64,000 nt of DNA, from NCBI GenBank assembly GCA_964016885.1, contig OZ024741.1:308884001-308948000 (forward strand), written 5' to 3'. The DNA is from Eledone cirrhosa (lineage: Eukaryota). The notes under the pieces are model-generated. The model had not been told where the DNA came from. It did no database searches and saw nothing but the letters and a program-made list of their open reading frames with translations. The translations under genes were made by a program, and so were the position numbers. Positions 38,624 through 54,010 of this stretch are shown in pieces (the stretch's first letter is position 1; every line of letters begins with the position of its first letter).

Positions 38624-38932
38624 ATACTTTGGGAGGGTCATGTTGCCAATAAGAAACACACGCACCAGTTGCTTTCACTTCAATTTATTATAATAAATTT
38701 ATAATAAATTTATAAATTTATAAATTTCTGGTTGGTTGGTTGGTTCCACAACCAGATAGTTGTTTATATATTGTCATAGTTCTTTCGTCACACACTCTGT
38801 GGAACCAACCAACCAACCAGAAATTTATAAATTTATAAATTTATTATAAATTTATTATAATAAATTGAAGTGAAAGCAACTGGTGCGTGTGTTTCTTATT
38901 AGCAACATGACCTACCCAAAGTATAACAATAT
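38616..38932. repeat. Fold-back palindrome of a Penelope-type terminal repeat
   Basis: 135-bp arms (38616-38750 / 38798-38932, ~3 mismatches) and a 47-bp spacer. Termini ...GACCCTCCCAAAGTATAACA are shared with 45860 and ~35265-35285. Confidence 0.9.
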
Positions 38933-39678
38933 CGGTTTCAACACACGATTTCAGATAAAGAATCTTGCTAAACAAATTCAGAAACGAAATATATATATAT
39001 ATATATATACACACACATATAGACCACCTAACAAATTTTGTAACCTTTGCATCCTTGAGTCTAAAAATATTATTCACTCTAACCTTAGCCTACTACATAG
39101 GAAATCAGAGTTCTTCTACACGTGTCCGCATTACCATAGATTCTCGTTCCACTACTTCAAACCTAGTAACTAATAATAATAATAATAAAAATAAAAATAA
39201 AGAGCAATGTCGGAGGTAACACTAGACCACCACCTTGTAATTTATCCAACTAGACCTTCACGAATATAGGACTACACCTTAATTAAGAGACCACGCTGAC
39301 CTACATACAGTCAATAAACCCCTGTTTGATCTCTTACCTTATACAATTAAAAGATTTAAATAATATAGACACTCTAATAAACTCTCAATATACAGCACCA
39401 ACTAAATAGCAGACAACTGTGTATATAACACCAATTATTCCAGTATATATTATGCAACTCACTATCCTGTCATAAAAAACTTCAACTATCTCTACACAAT
39501 CTGTATGTATGTATGAATGTATGTATATATATATATATATATCAAGTAAGTATGTTTTGAAACAGTGAGCAGGTTTGAAATTAGAAAATAGAATAGCTTT
39601 CACCGTATTTTTGACTAAAGGAATTTTAGCCTGATAATGGGATTTAGAACCCTCAGATAAATGGAAAAAGATGAGTAT

Positions 39679-39749
39679 TGACGTACATGGGAGTCGAACC
39701 CACATCTTTGGTTATCGCGACCACTGTGCTACCATTACACCAACACATC
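39679..39749 (-). tRNA. tRNA-like sequence (pseudogene or tRNA-derived element), nominal anticodon CGA
   Basis: GATGTGT TG GTGT-AATGGTA-GCAC A GTGGT-CGCGATA-ACCAA AGAT GTGGG-TTCGACT-CCCAT GTACGTC A; A and B boxes; TTTTT ~10 nt downstream. Confidence 0.6.
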
Positions 39750-41526
39750 ACCCATCTCTTTCCATTCAAATTAGAAGCTACATTCTTAGCGAGTTTAAAT
39801 TGCAAGTAAGTATGTTTTGAAACACACAAGTTTAAAAGATAACAATTATATAACCAATAATATTTTATATTTTATATACTCTATAAAGATTAATTTATAA
39901 CACTACCACAATATTAAAACAACCCTTAATTTATCAACAACCTTAATTACCTCCCTTTGTTATTAACCCCCTTTACAACTTCCTGTATAAACTTATAAAA
40001 TTAAGCAACATAACGGTTTAGCAACAGCTTAATAACGGTTAATACAAACCCTAGAAAAGATAATTTGTAGATAAAAAATACATAAAATAATATACCTAAA
40101 ATAACAACATGGCCAGTAATTCGGCGTATTTTACATTTAACAAACAAACACCTATTGATCATAAACGACTTAAAATAATCCCATGGTTAATAGCTGTGAG
40201 TAACAAACAACATACACACATACATACGAACTACAACACAAAAACACTTAAATGAAAATCACATACCCAACTCTATCACGTGCTTTGCATTACACCTTAC
40301 ATAACAAATACCTAATATTATCACCACATGCCTCTCTAACAAATTGCACACTATCTTAAACATTTATAACAAATATAACATGCTTTAACACCCCACACAA
40401 AATACGTTTATTTCAACTGCATTATAATTCCTTCCTCATACATGCCTTATTGACTGTATTGACTCCTGCATTGTACACCAATTTTCCTTGCTTATAACTT
40501 TTTTGCCTGTTTTTTTAGCTTGTGGTTTTTTTAGCTTGTGATTTTTTTTGCTTGTGCTTTTTACTTATACCTATTACATTTCCAACCAGTGCTGCCTGTA
40601 ATTGTGTTATTTCAAGCGGAACATCTTTTTAACTCATGACTCTCCACATGATGCCTTTGACACTAATAACAATTATGTACCCTAAATGTTCTAAATGACC
40701 AGGATTCTAGTTACATGTTTTCAACATTCCTTATACTCCGATAATTCCAGACTTCCCCCTGGAAGAAACATTTGTCAGCTAATAAATGTTCTAAACTAAA
40801 ATTTGATTGTTTTAACACTTTGTATATATATATACATATATTTATTAAAATAACAGATTAAAGTTTAAGTACATAATCGCTGCTTTCACCCTTAACTGGA
40901 TCTTCTGAAACTAAATAAATATTTGCTCTAGGGTTCTTATTTATTTGATATATATTTATCCTTATCGAGCCCTCTTTGGATTTTAGCCTTGACATTTATT
41001 ATTATTATTAATGTCCCTTTACGGTCTGAGTTCAAATCCCGCCGAGGTTAACTTTGCCTTTCATCCTTACGGGGTCGATAAAATAAAGTACTAGTAATGT
41101 ACTGGGTAATTGCTGGCCTTGTGCCAAAAAGTAGAAACAATTATTATTATATATACATATATATATTTCATATATAGAAATAACTTCTACATGACTAGAG
41201 TTGTTTCATCGTTTGAATTCATACGAATGGAACAGTTCTAGTGTATCACCTAAATTGTATGTGGGCCATAGTACCGGGGTTTGTGGCCGAAGCTGGAGGC
41301 GGGAGAGCATGTCACAGCATGAGAGATTTACCTCCTTCAAAATGGCCGGTCAAAAATATACATACATACATGTATACATACATGTATGCATACATACATG
41401 CATACGTACATGATGGCTGCAAACTCGTGTTCGAGCATTGCTTTCGCCTGATAAACTGCTCAAAAATGTGTACATGCATACATACATACATACATACATA
41501 CATACATACATACATACATACATACA

Positions 41527-41560
<34 letters not shown>

Positions 41561-41825
41561 CATACATACATATATATATATATACATCTCTGAGTGACAG
41601 TAGCTATAACCCGAAAAGAAGAAAAGATCAACATCATCGGTAACTGCTGAGCCGCAGGTTTTATATCGGAGTCATCCCAGTTTCCTGAGTTGCCTTCTCC
41701 TAGAAGAATACCCTGACAAAGGCTGGGGGTCCTTCACTCCCAGTGGTTTAACCGTTCGATCGGGTGTCCAGCCCGACTATTTCTATGTCCCCGCGCATAC
41801 AAACATGCATACGTACATACATATA

Positions 41826-41859
<34 letters not shown>

Positions 41860-41860
41860 C

Positions 41861-42438
41861 ATGGTGGTTGCCAACTCGTTTTCGAGTACGGCCAGTACTT
41901 TATATCCATGTAGGAGAACCCCTACCGGTGCGCTGAACGAGTGTGACTTTTTAGTCCAGCCAGCGACTTGAAAACTCTTGTACAAACACTACACCTGTGA
42001 CAATTATTGACACATAGTGCTGGGCCCATGGTACCATGTGACGACAAGTGCAGAGATCTCCAGATATAAAGCAATGCCTGTGCCGTGAAGCTTTTATAGT
42101 GAGCAAAGGCATTGCACAAAGCCAGTCCCACTCTCTTAACCAAGATGATATTTACCAAAAAGAAGAACAAGTCAACATCATTGGATACCATCAGGGTTGC
42201 AGGTGTTATATCAGAGTTTTCCTTCTCCTAGAATTCTGCCTTGACAAAGGTTAAGGGGTTATCTCTCCCAGTGATTTTGGATGGCCATTGACTCTTAAGA
42301 GCTCCTTTGCCCTTTGACAAGTTTTGTTTTTAGTCCTGCAGGATGTCCAAAGCCACCCTCCTCACCAAGAAATCTTGGTGGGGCTGCCAGTTTAGTTGCC
42401 AACGACCCGACCATGAGACAGGTTGTACTGGGATACAT
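41861..42438 (-). mobile_element. Bipartite RTE-derived non-autonomous retroelement in a (CATA)n array
   Basis: 5' part resembles an RTE/BovB 5' UTR (AGGAGAAGGAAAACTCTGA). 3' part encodes the terminal C2H2 finger CSVCTRVFKSLAGLKSHTRSAH* and ends in an (ATGT)n tail. Highly similar to 62552-64000. Confidence 0.75.
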
Positions 42439-42977
42439 ACATACATACATACATACAAACATATATACATACATACATACATACATACATACATACATAC
42501 ATACATACATACATACATACATACATACATACATACATACTTAATCATAGTTATATGCATATTTGTTATATGCACTGAGACACGGACAGCTACGTGTATG
42601 TGTGCATGTTTGTGTCTTGTATCTAACACCTGGTGTATCTATTTGCCTGCCACTCTTTCTCATCAGACTTATTACTGATTTTAGATTATCTCCGCCTACC
42701 ACCTCCCATCTAACAAGCCATCTGACACACGACACTTAACCGGCACCTACCCAATCGGAAACTCAACTAAAGCAGAATAAATTAATAACAGCCACAGCAA
42801 AAATAAAATCGACAAAGAGTGGCCAGACCCAAAGGTAAAGGTTTACAAAGTCAATAAATTGTTAAAGCGGTGATTATTATTACATGTTTCAATCGTGACT
42901 GAAAAGCGGACCACAGGCATATACCTGTGTTTTTCTAGTAAACACTTAGAAATCACTCTGTAATTAAATATCTTTGA

Positions 42978-43175
42978 ATATATATATATATATATATATA
43001 TACTTTATATATACATATATATATATATATACTTTATATATACATATATATATATATATACTTTATATATACATATACATATATATATATGTATATATGC
43101 ATATATGTACATATATATATATATGTGTGTGTAAATATGCAAATATATATATATATATATATATACATACATGCA

Positions 43176-43238
<63 letters not shown>

Positions 43239-43241
43239 GTT

Positions 43242-43288
<47 letters not shown>

Positions 43289-43291
43289 GTC

Positions 43292-43341
<50 letters not shown>

Positions 43342-43344
43342 TAA

Positions 43345-43378
<34 letters not shown>

Positions 43379-43424
43379 GTATATATGTATATATATATAA
43401 TTATATATATATGTATATATATAC

Positions 43425-43463
<39 letters not shown>

Positions 43464-43511
43464 GTATATACATATATATATACGTATATATATATAAGTA
43501 TATATATATAC

Positions 43512-43583
<72 letters not shown>

Positions 43584-43792
43584 GTATATATATATATATA
43601 TACATACATGCATGAATACATATATGTATATATATATATATATATACGTCTATATATATATATATATATACATAAATATATACATATATATAAATATATA
43701 TATATGTATATATATATGTATTTATATATATATATATATATATACGTATATATGTATATATATATAATTATATATATATATGTATATATATA

Positions 43793-43829
<37 letters not shown>

Positions 43830-43848
43830 TATATACATATATATATAC

Positions 43849-43897
<49 letters not shown>
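42978..43897. repeat. ~0.9-kb interrupted (TA)n array
   Basis: Direct inspection. Confidence 0.95.
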
Positions 43898-43898
<1 letters not shown>

Positions 43899-44589
43899 TC
43901 CAATATCAATGCTGCGTGAGGAGACAAGACAAAAAATATTGAAATATTATGGAATGGGATAAGATGGAGGAAAACAATGAACAACAATGGCGAACACGTC
44001 ACCGTTTGTGAAATATATTATCTGTTGTGTGTGGGTGTGTGTGTATATATATATATATATGTGTGTGGTGTCTGTGTGGTGTGCGTGCGTGTGTGTGTGT
44101 GTGTATGTATATATATATATGTGTGTGTGTATGTGGTGTCTGTGTGGTGTGTGCGCGTGTGTGGTGTGTGTGCGTGTGCGCGAGTGTGTGCGTGCGTGCG
44201 CGTGCGCTTGTGTGTGTGTATGTGTGTGAAGTTGGTTTTTCTTTCTTTTTGTTTATTCTGACTATCAATTACGTGTAGTTAGTTTTACCACTGTCATTTG
44301 GTAGAATCATTAGTCCGTCGTATATTTATGCTGAATCTCTGAGTTCTGAGTTCAAATCCCTCTGAGGTTCATTTTTTCTTTCATTCTTTCGAGTTCGATA
44401 AATAAAGTACTAGACCAGTGTTGGTGCAGGCCTCTTTCCTCACAGTTATTACATTCTGGATGACCTACTGGGTTAAAGAGGTGAGGGTTGAAAGGATGTT
44501 TGTATTTCCTCATAACTACATGCGTACTTATAACCCTTAACGAAAGCATAGTACATGCTACCAAGTCCTACTCGATTGGAGTGACAGTG

Positions 44590-45765
44590 TACTTAGAGCG
44601 CTGCACAGACGTTTATCAGTATTTTCTTTGGTTCTTTATGTTCTGAGTTCAAATCCCGCCGAGGTTAAGCTTTGCCTTTCCACCTTACGGGATCAATAAA
44701 ATAAAGTACCAGTCACGCACTGGAGTCGATTTAATCGACTTTCCCCTCCTCAAAATTGCTGGCCTTGTGTCTAAATTATAAACCTTTATTGTTGCTTCTA
44801 GAACAGTAAATTAACTGTATAGTTAGTACTTCGTGGCATTTAATTACGGCTGTTTACGTTTAGAGTTCAAATCCCGCCGAGGTCAACTTAGCCTTCTGGG
44901 CTTTCGATAAAATACCGTACCAATTAAGTACTGGGGTCGATTTAATCGACTTTCCATTCCCAAAAATTGCTGGCCATGTGCCAAATTTAAAAATAATAAT
45001 TAATATAGTGAACACATATGAATTGGAAATCTTTGGAAATCTTAAAAATCGAATAACAAAGTTTCTAATTCTATTTTCAAAATTATTACTGTTGTTGTTG
45101 CTACTGCTGTTGTTACACGATATTAATGTTTTGATCAGTATAAGAACGTTTTCTATCGGATCACAACCCATGGTCTATGATATCCTCTCCCCTATTATGC
45201 CAGGACAGCTATGAACCGTCCATCCGGTGGTCCGCAGGAAAATTTGGACATTATTACCTATTTTTGTGTTTTATTAATAACTAGCAGAATGGCCCGACGT
45301 TGCTCGGGATTTGCTCTAGGGTTCTTATATATTTGATATATTATATATATATGGATTGGCAGTATCGGTATAGGGTCTGACGCCATGCTTTACAGCAAAG
45401 AGTTACGCCCCTTTATGGTTTGAGTTCAAATCCCGCCGAGGTTAACTTTGCTTTTTATCCTTATGGGGTCGATAAAATAAAGTACCAGTCACGCACTGGG
45501 GTCGATTTAATCGACTTTCCTCTCCCCCCAAATTACTGGCCTTGTGCCTATATACCATTATTATTTTCCACACAACGGCAGTGGATTGGCAGTATCGGTA
45601 GAGGGTCTGATGCCATGCTTTACAGCAAAGAATTACGGCCCTTTATGGTCTGAGTTTAAATCCCGCCGAGGTTAACTTTGCCTTTCATCCTTACGGGGTC
45701 GATAAAATAAAGAACCAGTAATGCACTGGGATAATTACTGGCCTTGTGCCAAAAGTAGAAATAAT
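44590..45765 (+). mobile_element. Cluster of four MetaSINE-like copies (44590-44785, ~44830-44990, 45352-45555, 45575-45765) with a Helitron 3' end at 45281-45345
   Basis: Meta-like core repeated; CTAGCAGAATGGCCCGACGTTGCTCGGG matches the Helitron end at 11124. Confidence 0.75.
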
Positions 45766-45859
45766 AATTATTTTCCACACACATACATATACACAGACAG
45801 ACACACCCACACCACACAAGCTCACACCTACACATACACACAGTCACATATTTATATAT

Positions 45860-46680
45860 TGTTATACTTTGGGAGGGTCATGCTGCCAATAAAATACAGA
45901 GTTTCACTTCAACTCATAATTATAATTTCTCAATCGGTTAGTTTAATAACCGGATAGTTGTTTAGTTGGTGATTGTCAAAGTACTTTCGTCACACATTCT
46001 CTGACCACCTCAGTGACTACTTTTATTGTTATTTTGTGTCTGTTTTGTTCTGTTTTTCTCCCTCTTGTTCTAATAAGTTCTGTACTTGGGCTGCGCATGT
46101 GCTACGTCCGTGTGTGAGTTTATTTATTTATTTAATTATTAGTTTGTTTATTTATAAATTTATTTATTTATTTATTTCCCCCTTCTTATCTCTTTCCTAC
46201 TTGTCACTAGTTGATTAGTTGTTCTATCCGTGTGTGTCTGTGCGTGCGTGTAGCAATGTAGGGGGTCCGTTTATCTTATTAGTTTTGTTCTTGTGTGTCT
46301 TTGTATTGTCCTTAGTTACTACGTTTTGAGGTTTTCGTGCTTTCTCTTTATTTTTGGAGTTCGTTTATGTTTGCTGCTTCAGTAATCTATCGGGGCATTG
46401 CGTCTGTTCTGTGTGTAGTTATCATTTTTTCTCGATGTTCTCTAGTGAGTCCCCATGTTCCATTCTGGCATCTTCTTGGAGTACTTATGAGTTTTTTACG
46501 TCTTGGAGTTCTCGCCAGTGTTCTTTCATCCTTACTCCTACGCTACAGGCCGTCTCACCGTCCATCCGAGCAGCTAATGCTATATCCTACGTTTCTAGTC
46601 TAGGTAATATCAGGAGACATTACGTAATTTGACTCGGAATTGCTTCATCGGCGGGAGTTAACCTCCCTGGAACGGAAAGG
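45860..46680 (-). pseudogene. Decayed second Penelope-like element 3' end (GIY-YIG remnant plus terminal repeat with hammerhead)
   Basis: Minus translation GETACSVGVRMKEHW...EHGDSLE...TDAMPR*ITEAANI; hammerhead-like motif at 45975-46017; terminus CCCAAAGTATAACA. Confidence 0.7.
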
Positions 46681-47249
46681 TCCGTTTAGTTAGCTAATAC
46701 ACCGCAGTGAAGGACATCGCCGAATGTAGTAGTAAACCTAGACTTTTAGTGACACGTGACTTCACATCAACGAGGAGGTAAGCCAGACGATAACAGTGAT
46801 TCAAAAGTGAGAAGATGATCATGCCAAAAGCACTCAATCAGGGTGCTCCTGTAGAGAAACAAAAGCAGAACTGCAAACAATGAATAAATAAATCGAATTA
46901 GAATGAATAAAAAAGTTCAACTTACAATTTAAATGTAGGTTAGTCGCTTGGAAGATTATATAAATAAGAAACGAAGCTTTTCAAATAGAATCGACACAGC
47001 CTCGGTCGTTTCCTCACTCACTCAATGAATTAATTAAGTGTATTGGCAACATCAATGTTGTAATCAAGATCTGTAAAAACATACTCCTTATAAACATGAC
47101 TCTTTCCGCAGGAATTCGATTCCACGAGCTAGACGTATATCATTGCGTAGTAGAGCTAAACTAACAATACAACTAAAAAATTAAACTCTCTCAAAAGATG
47201 AGATTGCGGAAAAAAATAAGAAAACTAAGAATATAAACATAGATCTAAA

Positions 47250-48136
47250 AAATATGTCACGAAAAAGAAATTTCGCTAAAATGAACACCGTATAGTGGCG
47301 AATTTAAATTCTCTTTCCACTTTGCTAAAGAAAAATCACCTATCTATAAACGGCTTGGCCCACTAATGGATCAAAATGAATCATATACTCACAATCCATC
47401 ACAAATATGTGACCTCTTGAATCAATAATATAACTGCATTTTTCCAACTTATAATTAACAAAATAGTTTAAAATCGAAACAAATTATTTGATCCCCAGAA
47501 TTAAAGATATTATAGAAGATGATATACTTGCAAATGTTAATTATCTGGATTCAAACCCAACACCGTCACTAGATGGTCTCTAATACTGACTGTTAAAAAT
47601 GTACAAAAAACAGTCTCGCCAAACCATTAAAGGAGCTATTACAAAAGTCGTTAGAAACCGACTGACAAAACTACTGACAGAAATAACAGTAACGCTTATA
47701 CTCAAATGAGGTAGCAGGATTGAAGATAAAAATTACAGACCTGTTTCACTAGAGATCCTACATATCTAAAATTGTTGAACGCATTGACCGAAAAAGAATA
47801 ATTACATACCATCTTAGATGATATACAGATATTCTTTTGAACAGGACGAGATTACCTGATACAATAAACACAGCACCTTAATACTATCCTCAATAATCTC
47901 CAGAAAGGAATGGACATAAACTGCATATACCTTGATTTTGCTAAAGCGGTTAACAAAAAGAATTGATCTTAGAATCATCTGTCATAGTTTAAAGGATCTT
48001 GGTATCACAGGAAAACTCAGAGTATGGTTCTTTGACTTCCTATAGGGTAGGAATCAATCTGTTGCTGCAAACAGTTTTCTCTCTGTAAAGTCACCTATAA
48101 TAAGTGTTATATCTCAGCACAGTTCTAGCACCATTA
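47250..48136 (+). pseudogene. Old decayed CR1/L2-group LINE RT fragment
   Basis: NYRPVSL (~47731), IYLDFAKA (~47925), LGITGKLRVWFFDFL (~47998); collinear with 30488-33175. Confidence 0.75.
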
Positions 48137-48139
48137 TTT

Positions 48140-48532
48140 GGATTGGCAGTATCGGTAGAGGGTCGGACGCCATGCTTTCCAGCATAGTTACGTCCCTTTA
48201 CGATCTGAGTTCAAATCCCGCCGAGGTTGACTTTGCCTTTCAGCCTTACGGGTCGATAAAAAAAAAGTACCAGTAATGCACTGGGTAATTGCTGACCCTG
48301 TGCCTAAAGTAGAAACAATTATTATTTATCATCACATCAAGGGCGGTGGATTGGCACTATCGGTAGAAGGTCGGGTGCCATGCTTAGCAGCGTAGATTTA
48401 TGGCCCTTTACGTTCTGAGTTCAAATTCCACCGAGGTCAACTTTGCCTTTCATCCTTTCGGGGTCGATAAAATAAAGTACCAGTAATGCAGTGAGATAAT
48501 TGCTGGCCTTGTGCCAAAAGTAGAAACAATTA
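48140..48532 (+). mobile_element. Two tandem MetaSINE-like copies
   Basis: Head plus Meta-like core present twice. Confidence 0.8.
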
Positions 48533-48789
48533 TTTATCACCACCATCAACTATAAGTTCACAAGTACACTCAGCAAATGCTCATCGTCGAAATCGAGGGA
48601 GGATCCACCGTGATCGTCAGAACCAGTGGTGTTAGTTGGGGTTTTGAAGACAGTGATAGCAGGGGCGATAAGATTTGCCGCTCAGGAATATTCTATGGTG
48701 GTAGTAGTGGTGGTGGAGGTTATGGTGGGTGTGATACTTTTGGGTGGTGGTGATGAGGGTAGTGATCGTAGTGGTACTGTTGAGCATGA

Positions 48790-49490
48790 TGGTGGCGGTA
48801 ATGGTGGCGGTGGCAGTGGTGGAAAGAGTGGTGGTAATGGTGGTAGTAATGGTGGCGGAGATAGTGGTGGGGATGGTGGTGGAAATGGTGGCGGTAATGG
48901 TGACGGTGGTAGTGGTGGAAAGAGTGGTGGTAATGGTGGTAGTAATGGTGGCGGAGATAGTGGTGGGGATGGTGGCGGTAATGGTGACGGTGGTAGTGTT
49001 AGAAAGCGTGGTGGTAATGGTGGTAGTAATGGTGGCGGAGATAGTGGTGGGGATGGTGGTGGTAATGGTGGCGGTGGTAGTGTTAGAAAGAGTGGTGGTA
49101 ATGGTGGTAGTAATGGTGGCGGAGATAGTGGTGGGGATGGTGGTGGTAATGGTGGCGGTGGTAGTGTTAGAAAGAGTGGTGGTAATGGTGGTAGTAATGG
49201 TGGCGGAGATAGTGGTGGGGATGGTGGTGGTAATGGTGGCGGTGGTAGTGTTAGAAAGAGTGGTGGTAATGGTGGTAGTAATGGTGGCGGAGATAGTGGT
49301 GGGGATGGTGGTGGTAATGGTGGCGGTGGTAGTGTTAGAAAGAGTGGTGGTAATGGTGGTAGTAATGGTGGCGGAGATAGTGGTGGGGATGGTGGTGGTA
49401 ATGGTGGCGGTGGTAGTGTTAGAAAGAGTGGTGGTAATGGTGGTAGTAATGGTGGCGGAGATAGTGGTGGGGATGGTGGTGGAAATGGTG
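48790..49490. repeat. 84-bp minisatellite x~8 inside a 2.6-kb (GGT)n-derived domain
   Basis: TGTTAGAAAG recurs at 49081, 49165, 49249, 49333 and 49417 (84-bp period). Confidence 0.95.
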
Positions 49491-49829
49491 CTGATAATGG
49501 TGGTGGTGATAGAGGCGGAAAGAGTGGTGGTGGTAATAGTGGCGGTGATAGTGGTGGGGATGGGGGTGACGGTGGTAGTGGTAGTGGTGGAAAGGGTGGT
49601 GGTGACGGTGGTTGGGATGGTGGCGATGCTAGTGGTTGGGATGGTGGTGGCGGTGGTACAGGTAGTGGTGGGAAGGGTGGTGATAATGGTGGTAGTAATG
49701 GTGGCGGTGGTAGTAGTAGTGGGGAGAGTGGTGGCGGTGGTAGTGGTGGTGACACTAGTTGATTTAGTTCAAAGCTGGTGATTGCTGTGACGGTGGCGGT
49801 GGAGGTTATGGCCGTAATGAGTATTGGTG

Positions 49830-50585
49830 GTAGTGGTGGTGGTGGTAGTGATGGGGGTGGTAGTGATGGTGGTGGTAGTGATGGTGGTGGTAGTGATGGT
49901 GGTGGTAGTGATGGTGGTGGTAGTGATGGTGGCCATAGTGATGGTGGTGGTACAGTGATGGTGGTGGTATAGTGATGGTGGTGGTAGTGATGGTGGCCAT
50001 AGTGATGGTGGTGGTACAGTGATGGTGGTGGTATAGTGACGGTGGTGGTAGTGATGGTGGCCGTAGTGATGGTGGTGGTAGTGATGGTGGAGGTAGTGAT
50101 GGTGGTGGTTTGGTGATGGTGGTGGTATAGTGATGGTGGTGGTAGTGATGGTGGTGGTAGTGATGGTGGTGGTAGTGATGGTGGTGGTAGTGATGGTGGC
50201 CATAGTGATGGTGGTGGTACAGTGATGGTGGTGGTATAGTGATGGTGGTGGTAGTGATGGTGGTGGTAGTGATGGTGGTGGTAGTGATGGTGGTGGTAGT
50301 GATGGTGGCAGTAGTGATGGTGGTGGTATAGTGATGGTGGTGGTAGTGATGGTGGCAGTAGTGATGGTGGTGGTATAGTGATGGTGGTGGTATAGTGATG
50401 GTGGTGGTATAGTGATGGTGGTGGTAGTGATGGTGGTGGTATAGTGATGGTGGTGGTATAGTGATGGTGGTGGTAGTGATGGTGGCAGTAGTGATGGTGG
50501 TGGTATAGTGATGGTGGTGGTATAGTGATGGTGGTGGTAGTGATGGTGGCAGTAGTGATGGTGGTGGTATAGTGATGGTGGTGGT
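49830..50585. repeat. 15/17-bp minisatellite (GTGATGGTGGTGGTA[TA])
   Basis: Direct inspection. Confidence 0.95.
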
Positions 50586-51353
50586 AATCGTGGTGACACT
50601 AGTTGGTTGGTATGGTGGGAAGGCATGTCATTTGTGGTAGAGGTTACGGTGGTTGTGAGTATTATGGGAGGAGTGAGTAAGTGGTATTGGTAGTGGTTCC
50701 AGTGGTGGAGATGGTGATGGTCGTGGTGGTAGTGGTAGTGGTGGTGATGGTGGTAGTGGTAGAGGCGATGGTGGTGGTAGCGGTGGTGGTTGTAGCGGTG
50801 CTGGTTGTGGTAGAGGCGGTGGTGGTGGTAGCGGTGGTGGAGGTGATGGTGGTGGATATAGTAGAGTAGGTGGCAGGGGCTTAATCTCAATGGCAGTTGT
50901 TAAGGATGGTGGTGGAGAAGTGAGGTTGTTTAGTGGGTGTGTGGAGTGGTCGTTGCATTGGTAGAGGCGACCGCATCGGTTGTGATGGTGGTGGTAGCGG
51001 CGGGGGTGGTGGTAAAGGCGGTGGTGGTGGTAGCAGCGGTGGTGGTGGTAGAGGCGGTGGTGGTGGTAGCAGCAGGGGTGGTGGAAGAGGCGGTGGTGGT
51101 GGTAGCAGCGGAGGTGGTGGTAGAGGCGATGGTGGTGGTAGCGGCGGGGGTGGTAGTAGCAGCGGGGTGGTGGTAGCGGCGGGGGTGGTGGTAGAGGCGG
51201 TGGTGGTGATGGTGGTTGCAGTGGTAGAGGCGACTGCATCGGTTGTGATGGTGGGATTGATGGTTACATTTGATTTTTAAATGTCCATATTGAAAATTAA
51301 AATTGGATTGCAATAATTTTAACCCTTACAAATAAATGAAAGCCATGAATGTT

Positions 51354-54010
<2,657 letters not shown>

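Noticed and set aside
38620-38928. LTR retrotransposon solo LTR (TG...CA ends)
   Set aside because: The TG...CA ends arise from the palindrome. The same terminus is attached to a GIY-YIG remnant at 45860-46680, pointing to a Penelope-like origin.
41188-41245. Hammerhead-shaped fold on the minus strand (ACTAGA/TCTAGT stem, GAAA)
   Set aside because: The core reads CTGTTCC rather than CTGANGA, which is too degenerate to call.
41922-42191. C2H2 zinc-finger host gene
   Set aside because: The single finger is the terminus of a repeated RTE-derived element, and the upstream frame is not kept in the other copies.
48626-49781. Gly-rich (+), Val-rich (+) and Pro-rich (-) 345-378-aa ORFs as structural protein genes
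   Set aside because: Several frames are open simply because the DNA is (GGT)n-derived with an 84-bp unit. There is no independent support for any of them. Only the Thr-rich frame is kept as a tentative finding.
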